DNA of 16,347 nucleotides from a virus (Duplodnaviria; Heunggongvirae; Uroviricota; Caudoviricetes): IMG/VR virus record IMGVR_UViG_2529292905_000024; one strand, 5' to 3'. Shown piece by piece: positions 7,481 to 14,342 of this stretch (position 1 is its first letter; each line of letters starts with the position of its first letter). The notes under the pieces were generated by a model. It saw only the letters and a program-made list of their open reading frames with translations, ran no database searches and was not told where the DNA came from. The position numbers and the translations under genes were made by a program.

Positions 7481-8584
7481 TCAAACAATCTGGAAAATAT
7501 TTCTTGGATTTGTAATAGGTCTGTTGATGGAGAACAACTCACGAATTAAATCTTGGCTCAAGCCAGTTTTCATAAGAATTCTTAGCCAGGTTGCATCATC
7601 CAGCATTTCAATCGCCTCGGCCAGCATGCCGGGTTCTTCAGGGCGCAAAAGTTCATCACCAGGTTCAACTCTCGTATACCCTCTGGAATTAAGATGCATA
7701 TAGCCAGTTCTTGCCTGTTCCTGGGTCAATAAGCCTAATGCGCTGGCTCGATAAATACACATTTTAAGGCTGATTTTCCATCTAAGTTTAAATTCAACCA
7801 GAGCATTCCAGTCGAATTGCTTACCTCGTATTCGTGGAAATTCTTTAATGAAAGATAACCTGGGAACTAATAAGGCGCTCGAAAAGTGATCGGCTTGTGA
7901 TTCCGTAAGTTTATCACCTGTCGTTATGCCCTCATGCATTACTAAATGCCCTAATTCATGACCTAAATCAGAGCGAAATCTACATATGCTTTTTTTAACA
8001 TTGTTCCTGATGATAACAGGCCTGTTATTGTGAACAGTAAAAGCATCAACACGATCATCGACTCCCGTAACATGCGCAACGATTACCCCTAAACTCTCCG
8101 CCAATTTAACCATTGATGATATAGGGCCAAGACCTAAATTCCAGGCACGGCGACAATCTTCTGCCACTCGCTCAATATCATTCGGAGTAAGTAATTCAGC
8201 CCCTGGGTGCTCCGGTATGTTAACGTCAGGAAATTCGATTTCACCTTCAACAGCAGAAATTATAATATTAAGAATCTCAGCCCTGGCCAATACACTATTA
8301 GTCAGCGTTTGAGTCCTGGACTTCTTACTCCGAAAATGGCAGACATCACTTTCCAGAGCGTATTTTCGTTCAGTAAAAAGAAAACTGGACTTAATCATAA
8401 GCGCTGAAGATATTAACTCAAGACATTGCTCCGATGGCCTGCACCCCTTCTCCAGTTTGCTAACAAATTGCTTTGTCTTGCCAATTTTTTCGGCTAACTC
8501 TTCACAAGAAAGCCCAACAGCCATTCTCGCTAGTTTGAGCTTATCACCCCGATACTCAGTGAAGTTATTCACCTGATGTTCCAT
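7481..8584 (-). CDS. Fused XRE-family HTH / ImmA-IrrE-family (Peptidase_M78, COG2856) zinc metallopeptidase
   Basis: 367 aa from the ATG at 8584; N-terminal HTH (LKLARMAVGLSCEELAEKIGKTKQFVSKLEKG) and a central HEXXH zinc motif (SDLGHELGHLVMHEG). Overlaps the upstream gene by 20 nt. Confidence 0.8.
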   Translation of the reverse strand: MEHQVNNFTEYRGDKLKLARMAVGLSCEELAEKIGKTKQFVSKLEKGCRPSEQCLELISSALMIKSSFLFTERKYALESDVCHFRSKKSRTQTLTNSVLARAEILNIIISAVEGEIEFPDVNIPEHPGAELLTPNDIERVAEDCRRAWNLGLGPISSMVKLAESLGVIVAHVTGVDDRVDAFTVHNNRPVIIRNNVKKSICRFRSDLGHELGHLVMHEGITTGDKLTESQADHFSSALLVPRLSFIKEFPRIRGKQFDWNALVEFKLRWKISLKMCIYRASALGLLTQEQARTGYMHLNSRGYTRVEPGDELLRPEEPGMLAEAIEMLDDATWLRILMKTGLSQDLIRELFSINRPITNPRNIFQIV

Positions 8585-9215
8585 CACTGCTCACATCCAA
8601 ATCTTTATCCTTCGTACGCCGACGAAGAGGCACCTTATTAATCTCCGCTTCGTCAGGGAGTGTGTTATAATCAAGAGGCATAAGCGGCATCGATGCTGTA
8701 GATTGATGAGAAACTATACTAATCTGAGCACCATAAGTATTAAATCCAACAAGAGCTACCTCCCAACGAGGCAGTGTGGACTCTAATTCACCATCGCCCT
8801 CTTCGGATAAAAAAGGCTCAGCTATGACTCGCCATGTAATATCTTGCTCAGCCTCAACATCACCAAACAATGAGAGCTGCTCATACTCTACTTTATTTCG
8901 ACGCAGACGATGTTTCTTTTTGGGGTTATTAATGCAATCTTTGGTAAATTGTAGCGGAACTTTATTTAAAGCAACTACATAGTCCAACCCCTTGGAAATC
9001 ATCTCAAGGCCAGGAATTGCATCTTCATTTTGAATAAGATGATTTCTGACCCAATCATAAGCCCTTACACCTTCAGACCAGTTGCTGTCTAATGCGTGCT
9101 TATGATAGTACAGCTGCTCAAGTACGTTAGCGATCTCCGCCAACAAGTGGCGAACATAGTTTTCAGCAAGATAAGGTTGAAATTCCCAACAAGGAGCTAA
9201 CTGATTTTCATTCAT
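8565..9215 (-). CDS. Hypothetical protein (216 aa), first gene of the moron operon; candidate effector/toxin partner of the XRE-M78 protein
   Basis: ORF with ATG at 9215, acidic C-terminus, no motif I recognise; co-oriented and overlapping with the XRE-M78 gene, between a promoter-like element and a terminator. Confidence 0.55.
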   Translation of the reverse strand: MNENQLAPCWEFQPYLAENYVRHLLAEIANVLEQLYYHKHALDSNWSEGVRAYDWVRNHLIQNEDAIPGLEMISKGLDYVVALNKVPLQFTKDCINNPKKKHRLRRNKVEYEQLSLFGDVEAEQDITWRVIAEPFLSEEGDGELESTLPRWEVALVGFNTYGAQISIVSHQSTASMPLMPLDYNTLPDEAEINKVPLRRRTKDKDLDVSSDGTSGE

Positions 9216-9250
9216 TTCAAGTTTCGCTTTTTTTAGAATTCGTAAACCAC

Positions 9251-9279
9251 ATATTTTCGCATTTTTCTATTTTTGTCAA
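9251..9279 (-). promoter_or_regulatory. Candidate sigma70 promoter of the moron operon
   Basis: Minus-strand perfect -35 TTGACA (plus 9274-9279) and a weak -10 (GAAAAT/AAATAT at 16-17 bp), between the upstream terminator and the ATG at 9215. Confidence 0.3.
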
Positions 9280-9292
9280 CCAGACTAATGCA

Positions 9293-9313
9293 AAAACCCG
9301 CCGAAGCGGGTTA
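9293..9313 (-). terminator. Intrinsic terminator of the hok transcript, immediately upstream of the moron
   Basis: Minus-strand hairpin acccgc-uucg-gcgggu plus U5; 20-nt core identical to 7459-7478. Confidence 0.65.
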
Positions 9314-9380
9314 AGTGCGGGTGCGTTGAGGATGCCTGGCACATCAGAGGTGGCGGGAGATTACTCCCCCGCCGGGTCTC

Positions 9381-9536
9381 TTACTCCTCAGGTTCGTAAG
9401 CTGTGAAGACAGCGACCTCCGTCTGGCCGGTTCGGATTCGTACCTCGCAGAGGTCTTTCCTCGTTACCAGTGCCGTCACTATGACGGTTAAACAGATGAC
9501 GATCAGGGCGATTAACATCGCCTTTTGCTGCTTCAT
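9381..9536 (-). CDS. hok: Hok/Gef-family type I toxin (HokD/RelF-like)
   Basis: Hand-translated 51-aa ORF MKQQKAMLIALIVICLTVIVTALVTRKDLCEVRIRTGQTEVAVFTAYEPEE with SD aggag; matches the Hok family as recalled. Too short for the ORF track. Confidence 0.85.
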   Translation of the reverse strand: MKQQKAMLIALIVICLTVIVTALVTRKDLCEVRIRTGQTEVAVFTAYEPEE

Positions 9537-9747
9537 AGCCTGCTTCTCCTTGACCTTTTGGTCCGTAAGAGGCTAATCTCTATGTGTCGCATAGATATGG
9601 CCTCAGATTAATGTTAAGCGTCTTGCAGGACGCGTAATGTTAACTGGGGCTTTTCTCTATCTGCCTTTTGGTGTTCATGCCTGAGGCAGATAGCCTCAGG
9701 CACCCGCAGCAATTCTACTTAACTCCCGTCACCTCGCCAATATAAAA

Positions 9748-9837
9748 TCAATCAGAAAGGCGATCCATAAGAACAATAGCAAGACAATAAATTGCCACTA
9801 CAGCCGCAATAGCCAGCGCGCATTTGAGAACCAGCAC
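9748..9837 (-). CDS. Small hydrophobic peptide ORF (29 aa), unassigned
   Basis: Perfect SD AGGAGG 5 nt upstream of a GTG start; translation MLVLKCALAIAAVVAIYCLAIVLMDRLSD is a single predicted TM helix with a charged tail; lies between the SIR2-like gene and the hok leader. Confidence 0.35.
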   Translation of the reverse strand: MLVLKCALAIAAVVAIYCLAIVLMDRLSD

Positions 9838-9907
9838 GATAACCTCCTGTATTGGACGTACACCAGCTCTGATAAATATGAGGCTGCCTCTTTAACTTCG
9901 CATTGCG

Positions 9908-10939
9908 CTACCAATCAATAAAATCAGTGATGTTATCCAACCTAATTACAGTAACTTCCCGTCTCAACTGGTTTTTCCAATATATCTCACGAGCGTTTTG
10001 TTCACCAGCACCGCTCCACTCAATTACTCTTAAAGGCTTAGAGGTTAGGTAAGGTCGAATAAGCAGGTTAAGGTGAATATCGAGACCAGAGTAACCAAAC
10101 AATATTATTTCTTCTGATTCAAATAATGCAAACTGCAAATAATCCCAGTACGTAGAAAGAACATTAGATGCTGCTATAACTGACGGTTTTCTTTTTATAT
10201 GAGTTAACACTATATGCTCACTAGGTTCATCTATGTCAAGAGTAAGTTGTGAGCGTGAAAGTTTTAAAACATTTTCATGCTGATTAATAAATAGTGGTGA
10301 ACCATGCAAGTGCAAATAATAACCAAACCTACGATTGTATTTCCGTTCGAGCGCTGCAGAGGAAAATCCGTGGCTTAGCATCCCATCAACTAAAACCCCA
10401 TCATACCCGTTGAATATATCATTATCTATGAATGAATTGTATAATAATTTGTCATAGTTTAATGTCGCGATATGTGAGTGTGTGTTCTTTACAAACTCCA
10501 CAAGCGCATTTTCGAATCTTTGTGGCAAACCTTTATCGTAATTATGCAACCTGGTTGCAACTTTGTGAATATAAGTGGCGGTAATTTTGGGGAAGTTTAG
10601 TCCATCTTCAGTAAGCCAATGCACGTTCCCCTCTCCAATTTGAGCAAGAGCTTTACAATATGTGACAGCCTGGTGAAGGGTATCCAACTCATGTTCTCCT
10701 TCTGGTGGACCTTGCCGCTGAAGACAACGCTCGATAAGTTGCTTGTGGATATCTTTTAAAAAATTGGGGCGATGCCAAATTTCTTCCAACGCTCTGTCTA
10801 AGGAGAAGTGAGCAGGATCTAAAGCCATACCGAGACCGTTGCCGAATATTATTAATTTTCTTGCCATATAGGGGGACTCATATTGGAATAACGCTGGATA
10901 GCGTAGCGCGATACGCTTAAGTTTAGGATTAATAGACAT
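9908..10939 (-). CDS. SIR2-like (DHS-like NAD-binding fold) protein, candidate NAD+-depleting defence effector
   Basis: 343-aa ORF in a visibly AT-rich island; motifs in canonical order: KLIIFGNGLGMAL, HIATLNYDKL, YYLHLHGSPLF, IILFGYSGLD. Motif-based call only. Confidence 0.7.
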   Translation of the reverse strand: MSINPKLKRIALRYPALFQYESPYMARKLIIFGNGLGMALDPAHFSLDRALEEIWHRPNFLKDIHKQLIERCLQRQGPPEGEHELDTLHQAVTYCKALAQIGEGNVHWLTEDGLNFPKITATYIHKVATRLHNYDKGLPQRFENALVEFVKNTHSHIATLNYDKLLYNSFIDNDIFNGYDGVLVDGMLSHGFSSAALERKYNRRFGYYLHLHGSPLFINQHENVLKLSRSQLTLDIDEPSEHIVLTHIKRKPSVIAASNVLSTYWDYLQFALFESEEIILFGYSGLDIHLNLLIRPYLTSKPLRVIEWSGAGEQNAREIYWKNQLRREVTVIRLDNITDFIDW

Positions 10940-11307
10940 TCCGTTTGATTACACTCGTTATTACAAACTTGCATGCAAAGAAGCCCAAGCTGTTAGGTAA
11001 ACAGAGACCGCAGTGGCAAGATAATCTAGATATAGCCTATAAAATCCAACAACAAATAGCGGCCTGTTTTCTATGACTTTTCTTTTCCCTAAATATCACT
11101 TATCTAATAAAATGCAATAATGTATTGCACAGTATTTAATGTGTATTAATATAGATAAGTATTGGTCTTATTTGATAACAAATCCTGAGCCTCAAAATGT
11201 CTGCTTTTCACACAAAACCAACAAGTAGGCTATTTTTAGCTCTGTGCCGCGAAAATGTCAATTCATATCCGAACCAATACTCTTTAATTTCATTACCTGT
11301 GACAATT

Positions 11308-11715
11308 CTAGGCATATCCCTGATAGAACGCCAATACACGCTGCATAACTTCGCTCTTCCGGCACTCGCGACAGATTATGTTCATACGCCTGTCGTAGCG
11401 GCGTATTTCTCCGTCGGGTAATGTCCAGATAAGGCCCGGATCAACCACAACAGGTTTCTTCACCTTTGCCCTCGAGAGTTTTTTGCGGGCGTTTTGCCAG
11501 TCCTTACGAGCCTGTTCTGACGGGAACAACCCATAGCCAGAGTGATATACATCACCACTGGCAACCAGCTCTCTGGCAAGAATGCTCATCAGATATCTTG
11601 TCGCACCTGTTTTAGCTTCCAGTTGCCGTAGCGTCTCACGACCGCTCTGGCGCACGAGTTCCACCACCTGCCCTTTAATTTTTTCCCGCTCTTCTTGTGT
11701 AAAAACTTTTGCCAC
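11308..11715 (-). CDS. Hypothetical prophage protein (135 aa) downstream of the replication gene
   Basis: ORF with GTG start and strong SD aggggga; basic, contains CRECRK. No family recognised. Confidence 0.5.
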   Translation of the reverse strand: MAKVFTQEEREKIKGQVVELVRQSGRETLRQLEAKTGATRYLMSILARELVASGDVYHSGYGLFPSEQARKDWQNARKKLSRAKVKKPVVVDPGLIWTLPDGEIRRYDRRMNIICRECRKSEVMQRVLAFYQGYA

Positions 11716-11755
11716 AAGTCCCCCTTAAAATTACCTCATGACCTGAAATCAACAC

Positions 11756-12721
11756 TTATCCCCTGAAACCAGGCGGAATTTCTGTATCCGGTTCAGAAAT
11801 ATGATTCACACAACGCTGTATAGACGAACGCCCCAGACGGATGACCAGTTCATCCCATTTTTCACGAAGCTTTGACGGGCTCATGATGTTTTTTACCCAG
11901 AATGGATCTCGCTGTACCCGACCAAACATTTCGCAAATTTGTCTGTGGCTTCTGCCATCCAGCATCCGCATTGTGCGCACGTCATTGGCCCAGGCAGTCC
12001 AGTTAGGCTCTTTTGGTCGCATGATCTCGCCATCATCACTGGCTGCCTGTTCGTAGAGCCCCACGATCCGCCCCCAGATCCACTGCGCACACGCCAAATC
12101 CTCCCTGCTACCCCACTGGCGTTTTTTCGCACTAAACACAACCGCGTCGGAGTTCCGGGTTAAAAAATCCTGTTCAGTCGTCTGCGGGTCCGGTTGCGAA
12201 GCTTCCGGACGAAAAGTGTTTTTATTCTCTGTAGTAATCTCTGTTGTATTCTCTGTAAGATCATCAGGCCATTTTGACCCGATGACATTGGGTCGTTTTG
12301 AACCAATGGAGCGTTTCATTTTGACCTCTTCCATCGTGTCATTTTGACCTGATGGAGCGGCGCATTTTGAACCGATGGATTCGCTCAATTTGCCACCATC
12401 TAAAAGCTCGCTCCCATAGTTGATCGTGTAGAAATTGGTCATATCGCGCTTTGATTTATTGAGCTTTTCACAACGCAAAAGCCCCAGCGTTTTCAGACTT
12501 GCAAACGCGCGCTTTAACGTTGACTCTGACCAGAATGGGAACTGTTCCAGCCATTGTTCCGTTGTGTTGTAAATCCAGCGAACACCATCACATTCCATGC
12601 CGGAATTGGTATCTCTCAACCAGTAATGCAACTGCTGCAACACAATGGCTTCATTTAAGCCAATCTTCATCGCAAGCTGTGTGTTTATAACCAGTGGGCG
12701 TTCAGCAAAAAGAAGGCTCAT
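11756..12721 (-). CDS. Phage replication initiator (lambda O-like organisation, iterons inside the gene)
   Basis: 321 aa from the ATG at 12721; N-terminal wHTH-like region, repeated SIGSK / TENTTEITTEN peptide repeats encoded by the iterons, conserved-looking C-terminal domain. Track start at 12775 is TTG. Confidence 0.7.
   Translation of the reverse strand: MSLLFAERPLVINTQLAMKIGLNEAIVLQQLHYWLRDTNSGMECDGVRWIYNTTEQWLEQFPFWSESTLKRAFASLKTLGLLRCEKLNKSKRDMTNFYTINYGSELLDGGKLSESIGSKCAAPSGQNDTMEEVKMKRSIGSKRPNVIGSKWPDDLTENTTEITTENKNTFRPEASQPDPQTTEQDFLTRNSDAVVFSAKKRQWGSREDLACAQWIWGRIVGLYEQAASDDGEIMRPKEPNWTAWANDVRTMRMLDGRSHRQICEMFGRVQRDPFWVKNIMSPSKLREKWDELVIRLGRSSIQRCVNHISEPDTEIPPGFRG
12271..12379. repeat. 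Iteron array (probable prophage origin of replication) inside the initiator gene
   Basis: Five direct repeats of ATTTTGA(A/C)C, four followed by xGATGGA, starting at 12271, 12295, 12318, 12341, 12364 (about 23-bp spacing); a second short repeat family ATTCTCTGTA lies at 12224-12259. Confidence 0.6.
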
Positions 12722-13223
12722 AATTCCATCCAGCTTTTTGTTGGTATTGCTGTCGATACGCAAGTTTGAAAGCAATTGCTTTTTCTATAAGTTCGTCAGT
12801 TTCACGATCCACTACGGCAGGATCAGCAAAAAGCAGTCCGGACTCCACCACATCGCCATATTCTTTGTTTAACCCGGCGATCATGTACGTGATGCTTTTT
12901 CCGTCACTAATTTCACGATACAACCTGAAATCATTAATCCGGATAGCCTCCATAATTGCAGGCACTAGCGCCGTGAACTTTTCACGCTTATCCCTAGTGT
13001 CGATAGCCTTCCAGCGTTCGAATATCTTCACTCGATTAACGCCAAGCGCTCGCTGATCAACCGCGCCACCTTCATCTGTGACACGCTGAACCTCGATGTT
13101 CGGGCGCTCTTTCAAAGCCCAGAATGCTTCAGTGATTAATATCGTCGCCTGCTCCTGTGTCATTCCTGGTCGACATATCCAGGCATCCAGAGCCTCACGA
13201 GCCTGTTCAGGAGTGATTTTCAT
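12702..13223 (-). CDS. Hypothetical early-operon protein in the cII position (173 aa)
   Basis: ORF with ATG at 13223, overlapping the cro-like stop and the initiator start. No family recognised. Confidence 0.5.
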   Translation of the reverse strand: MKITPEQAREALDAWICRPGMTQEQATILITEAFWALKERPNIEVQRVTDEGGAVDQRALGVNRVKIFERWKAIDTRDKREKFTALVPAIMEAIRINDFRLYREISDGKSITYMIAGLNKEYGDVVESGLLFADPAVVDRETDELIEKAIAFKLAYRQQYQQKAGWNYEPSFC

Positions 13224-13434
13224 TGTTCAACCGCCCCGCCCGCTTCGTCTTACGATATTCGTCATAAACCTTGGGATCATACTGAAGCTCGCCGCCAGAT
13301 GCCTCCTGTAGACGCATCGCGCGACCTTCAGGAACCAGCTCTTGCCATTGAGAAACAGCAGATGGGTCAACGCCAGCAGCTTTCGCTACTTTAGCTTTCG
13401 TACCGTAAAAATTAATTACGTCTGATTTAAACAT
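13207..13434 (-). CDS. Cro-like (YdaS-type) HTH regulator
   Basis: 75 aa from the ATG at 13434 with strong SD ggagg; HTH core GTKAKVAKAAGVDPSAVSQW; divergent from the cI-like gene across an operator-bearing intergenic region. Track start at 13461 is TTG. Confidence 0.65.
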   Translation of the reverse strand: MFKSDVINFYGTKAKVAKAAGVDPSAVSQWQELVPEGRAMRLQEASGGELQYDPKVYDEYRKTKRAGRLNNENHS

Positions 13435-13445
13435 CGCACCTCCAA

Positions 13446-13463
13446 TATTGAGTTTTCTCAATA
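13446..13463. promoter_or_regulatory. Right operator palindrome TATTGAGTTTTCTCAATA
   Basis: 7-4-7 perfect inverted repeat between the divergent cro-like and cI-like starts; core AGTTTTCTCA recurs twice in the left operator region. Confidence 0.5.
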
Positions 13464-13511
13464 CTAATCACTCAAGGAATCTCAAGTCAAGGGTTATTAA
13501 GATATCTAAAT

Positions 13512-13919
13512 ATGAACGAGAAAACTTTAGGTCAACGCATTAGAGAAAGACGTAAGCAGGTAGGCTTAAGTCAAAACGGTTTAAGCAAAGCTGCTGGCGT
13601 ATCTGGCTCATCAATTTCATTATGGGAAAGTGACCATACAGCCCCGCGCGGGCAAAATTTGCATCGCCTCGCCGAGGTATTGCAATGTTCACCAACCTGG
13701 ATACTGTTTGGCGACGAGGACAAAACACCAGCTCCCCCTGTTTCACTCGATAGTGCCTTAGACTTATCGGAAGATGAGTTAGAGATGTTGCGTTTGTATC
13801 GCGCACTTCCTAAATCAGAGCAACAAGCACAACTCAGCGAACTCCGCGCCCGCGTTGAGAATTTTAATCGCCTGTTCACCGAGCTATTAGAGGCTCGCAA
13901 ACGCAACAAGCATCAATAA
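13512..13919 (+). CDS. cI-like repressor (XRE-family HTH, no S24 peptidase domain; DicA/RacR-like)
   Basis: 135-aa ORF with N-terminal HTH (LGQRIRERRKQVGLSQNGLSKAAGVSGSSISLWE); too short for a LexA-like autocleavage domain; classic divergent arrangement with cro. Confidence 0.8.
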   Translation: MNEKTLGQRIRERRKQVGLSQNGLSKAAGVSGSSISLWESDHTAPRGQNLHRLAEVLQCSPTWILFGDEDKTPAPPVSLDSALDLSEDELEMLRLYRALPKSEQQAQLSELRARVENFNRLFTELLEARKRNKHQ

Positions 13920-13983
13920 TCATCCCTTCACAAAATTTTAAAGCCTTACATTTCAATGTATTGGCTTTATCTTGCGTCAATAC

Positions 13984-14030
13984 TTGAGTTTTCTCATCAA
14001 AAAACCCTGACGAAAAACAATGAGAAAACT
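13984..14030. promoter_or_regulatory. Left operator region with two copies of the operator core
   Basis: TTGAGTTTTCTCA at 13984-13996 and its reverse complement (TGAGAAAACT) at 14021-14030, between the cI-like stop and the next plus-strand gene. Confidence 0.45.
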
Positions 14031-14111
14031 AAATTACCTCCATCAAGACACCGCACGGTGTTCTCAGCAAACAGTTCCGCTACCCCGGCGTTAAGGGGAA
14101 ATGAGGTCAAC

Positions 14112-14264
14112 ATGGATACTATCGATCTTGGCAACAACGAATCTCAGGTATGCGGCGTGTTTCCCAACCAAGACGGCACGTTCACCGCGATGACGTATAC
14201 CAAAAGCAAAACGTTTAAAACCGAATCTGGCGCGCGTCGCTGGTTAGCAAGAAACTCTGACTAA
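14112..14264 (+). CDS. Small early-left protein (50 aa), YdaF/DUF1391-like
   Basis: ATG at 14112 with SD gaggt; MDTIDLGNNESQVCGVFPNQDGTFTAMTYTKSKTFKTESGARRWLARNSD resembles Rac prophage YdaF as recalled. The longer track ORF from 13956 is rejected as an upstream extension. Confidence 0.55.
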   Translation: MDTIDLGNNESQVCGVFPNQDGTFTAMTYTKSKTFKTESGARRWLARNSD

Positions 14265-14342
14265 TGAAATCTGGTAATTAAGGAATCCTCCACGGGGGGG
14301 TGAACCGCCCCGGTTTTCCTGGAGAGTGTTTTATCTGTGAAC

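Noticed and set aside
8207-8982. Plus-strand ORFs 8207-8407 and 8776-8982 inside the moron genes
   Set aside because: Antisense to the two co-oriented moron genes; low-complexity translations.
11197-11421. Plus-strand 74-aa ORF in the AT-rich intergenic region upstream of the SIR2-like gene
   Set aside because: No SD, overlaps the 3' end of the 135-aa gene on the other strand; AT-rich DNA readily produces open frames of this size.
11841-12163. ORFs 11841-12056, 11893-12141 and 11939-12163 inside the replication initiator gene
   Set aside because: Nested or antisense frames within a gene supported by iterons and domain features.
12722-12775. Upstream extension of the initiator ORF to the track start at 12775
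   Set aside because: The track start is a TTG; the first ATG at 12721 (MSLLFAERP...) gives the usual short overlap with the upstream gene.
13540-13909. Minus-strand ORFs 13540-13806 and 13571-13909 antisense to the cI-like repressor gene
   Set aside because: The plus-strand frame has a clear XRE HTH; the antisense frames are low-complexity and unsupported.
13956-14111. Upstream extension of the YdaF-like ORF (track start 13956)
   Set aside because: The extension runs through the left-operator repeats and has no SD; the ATG at 14112 has a good SD and yields the conserved small protein.
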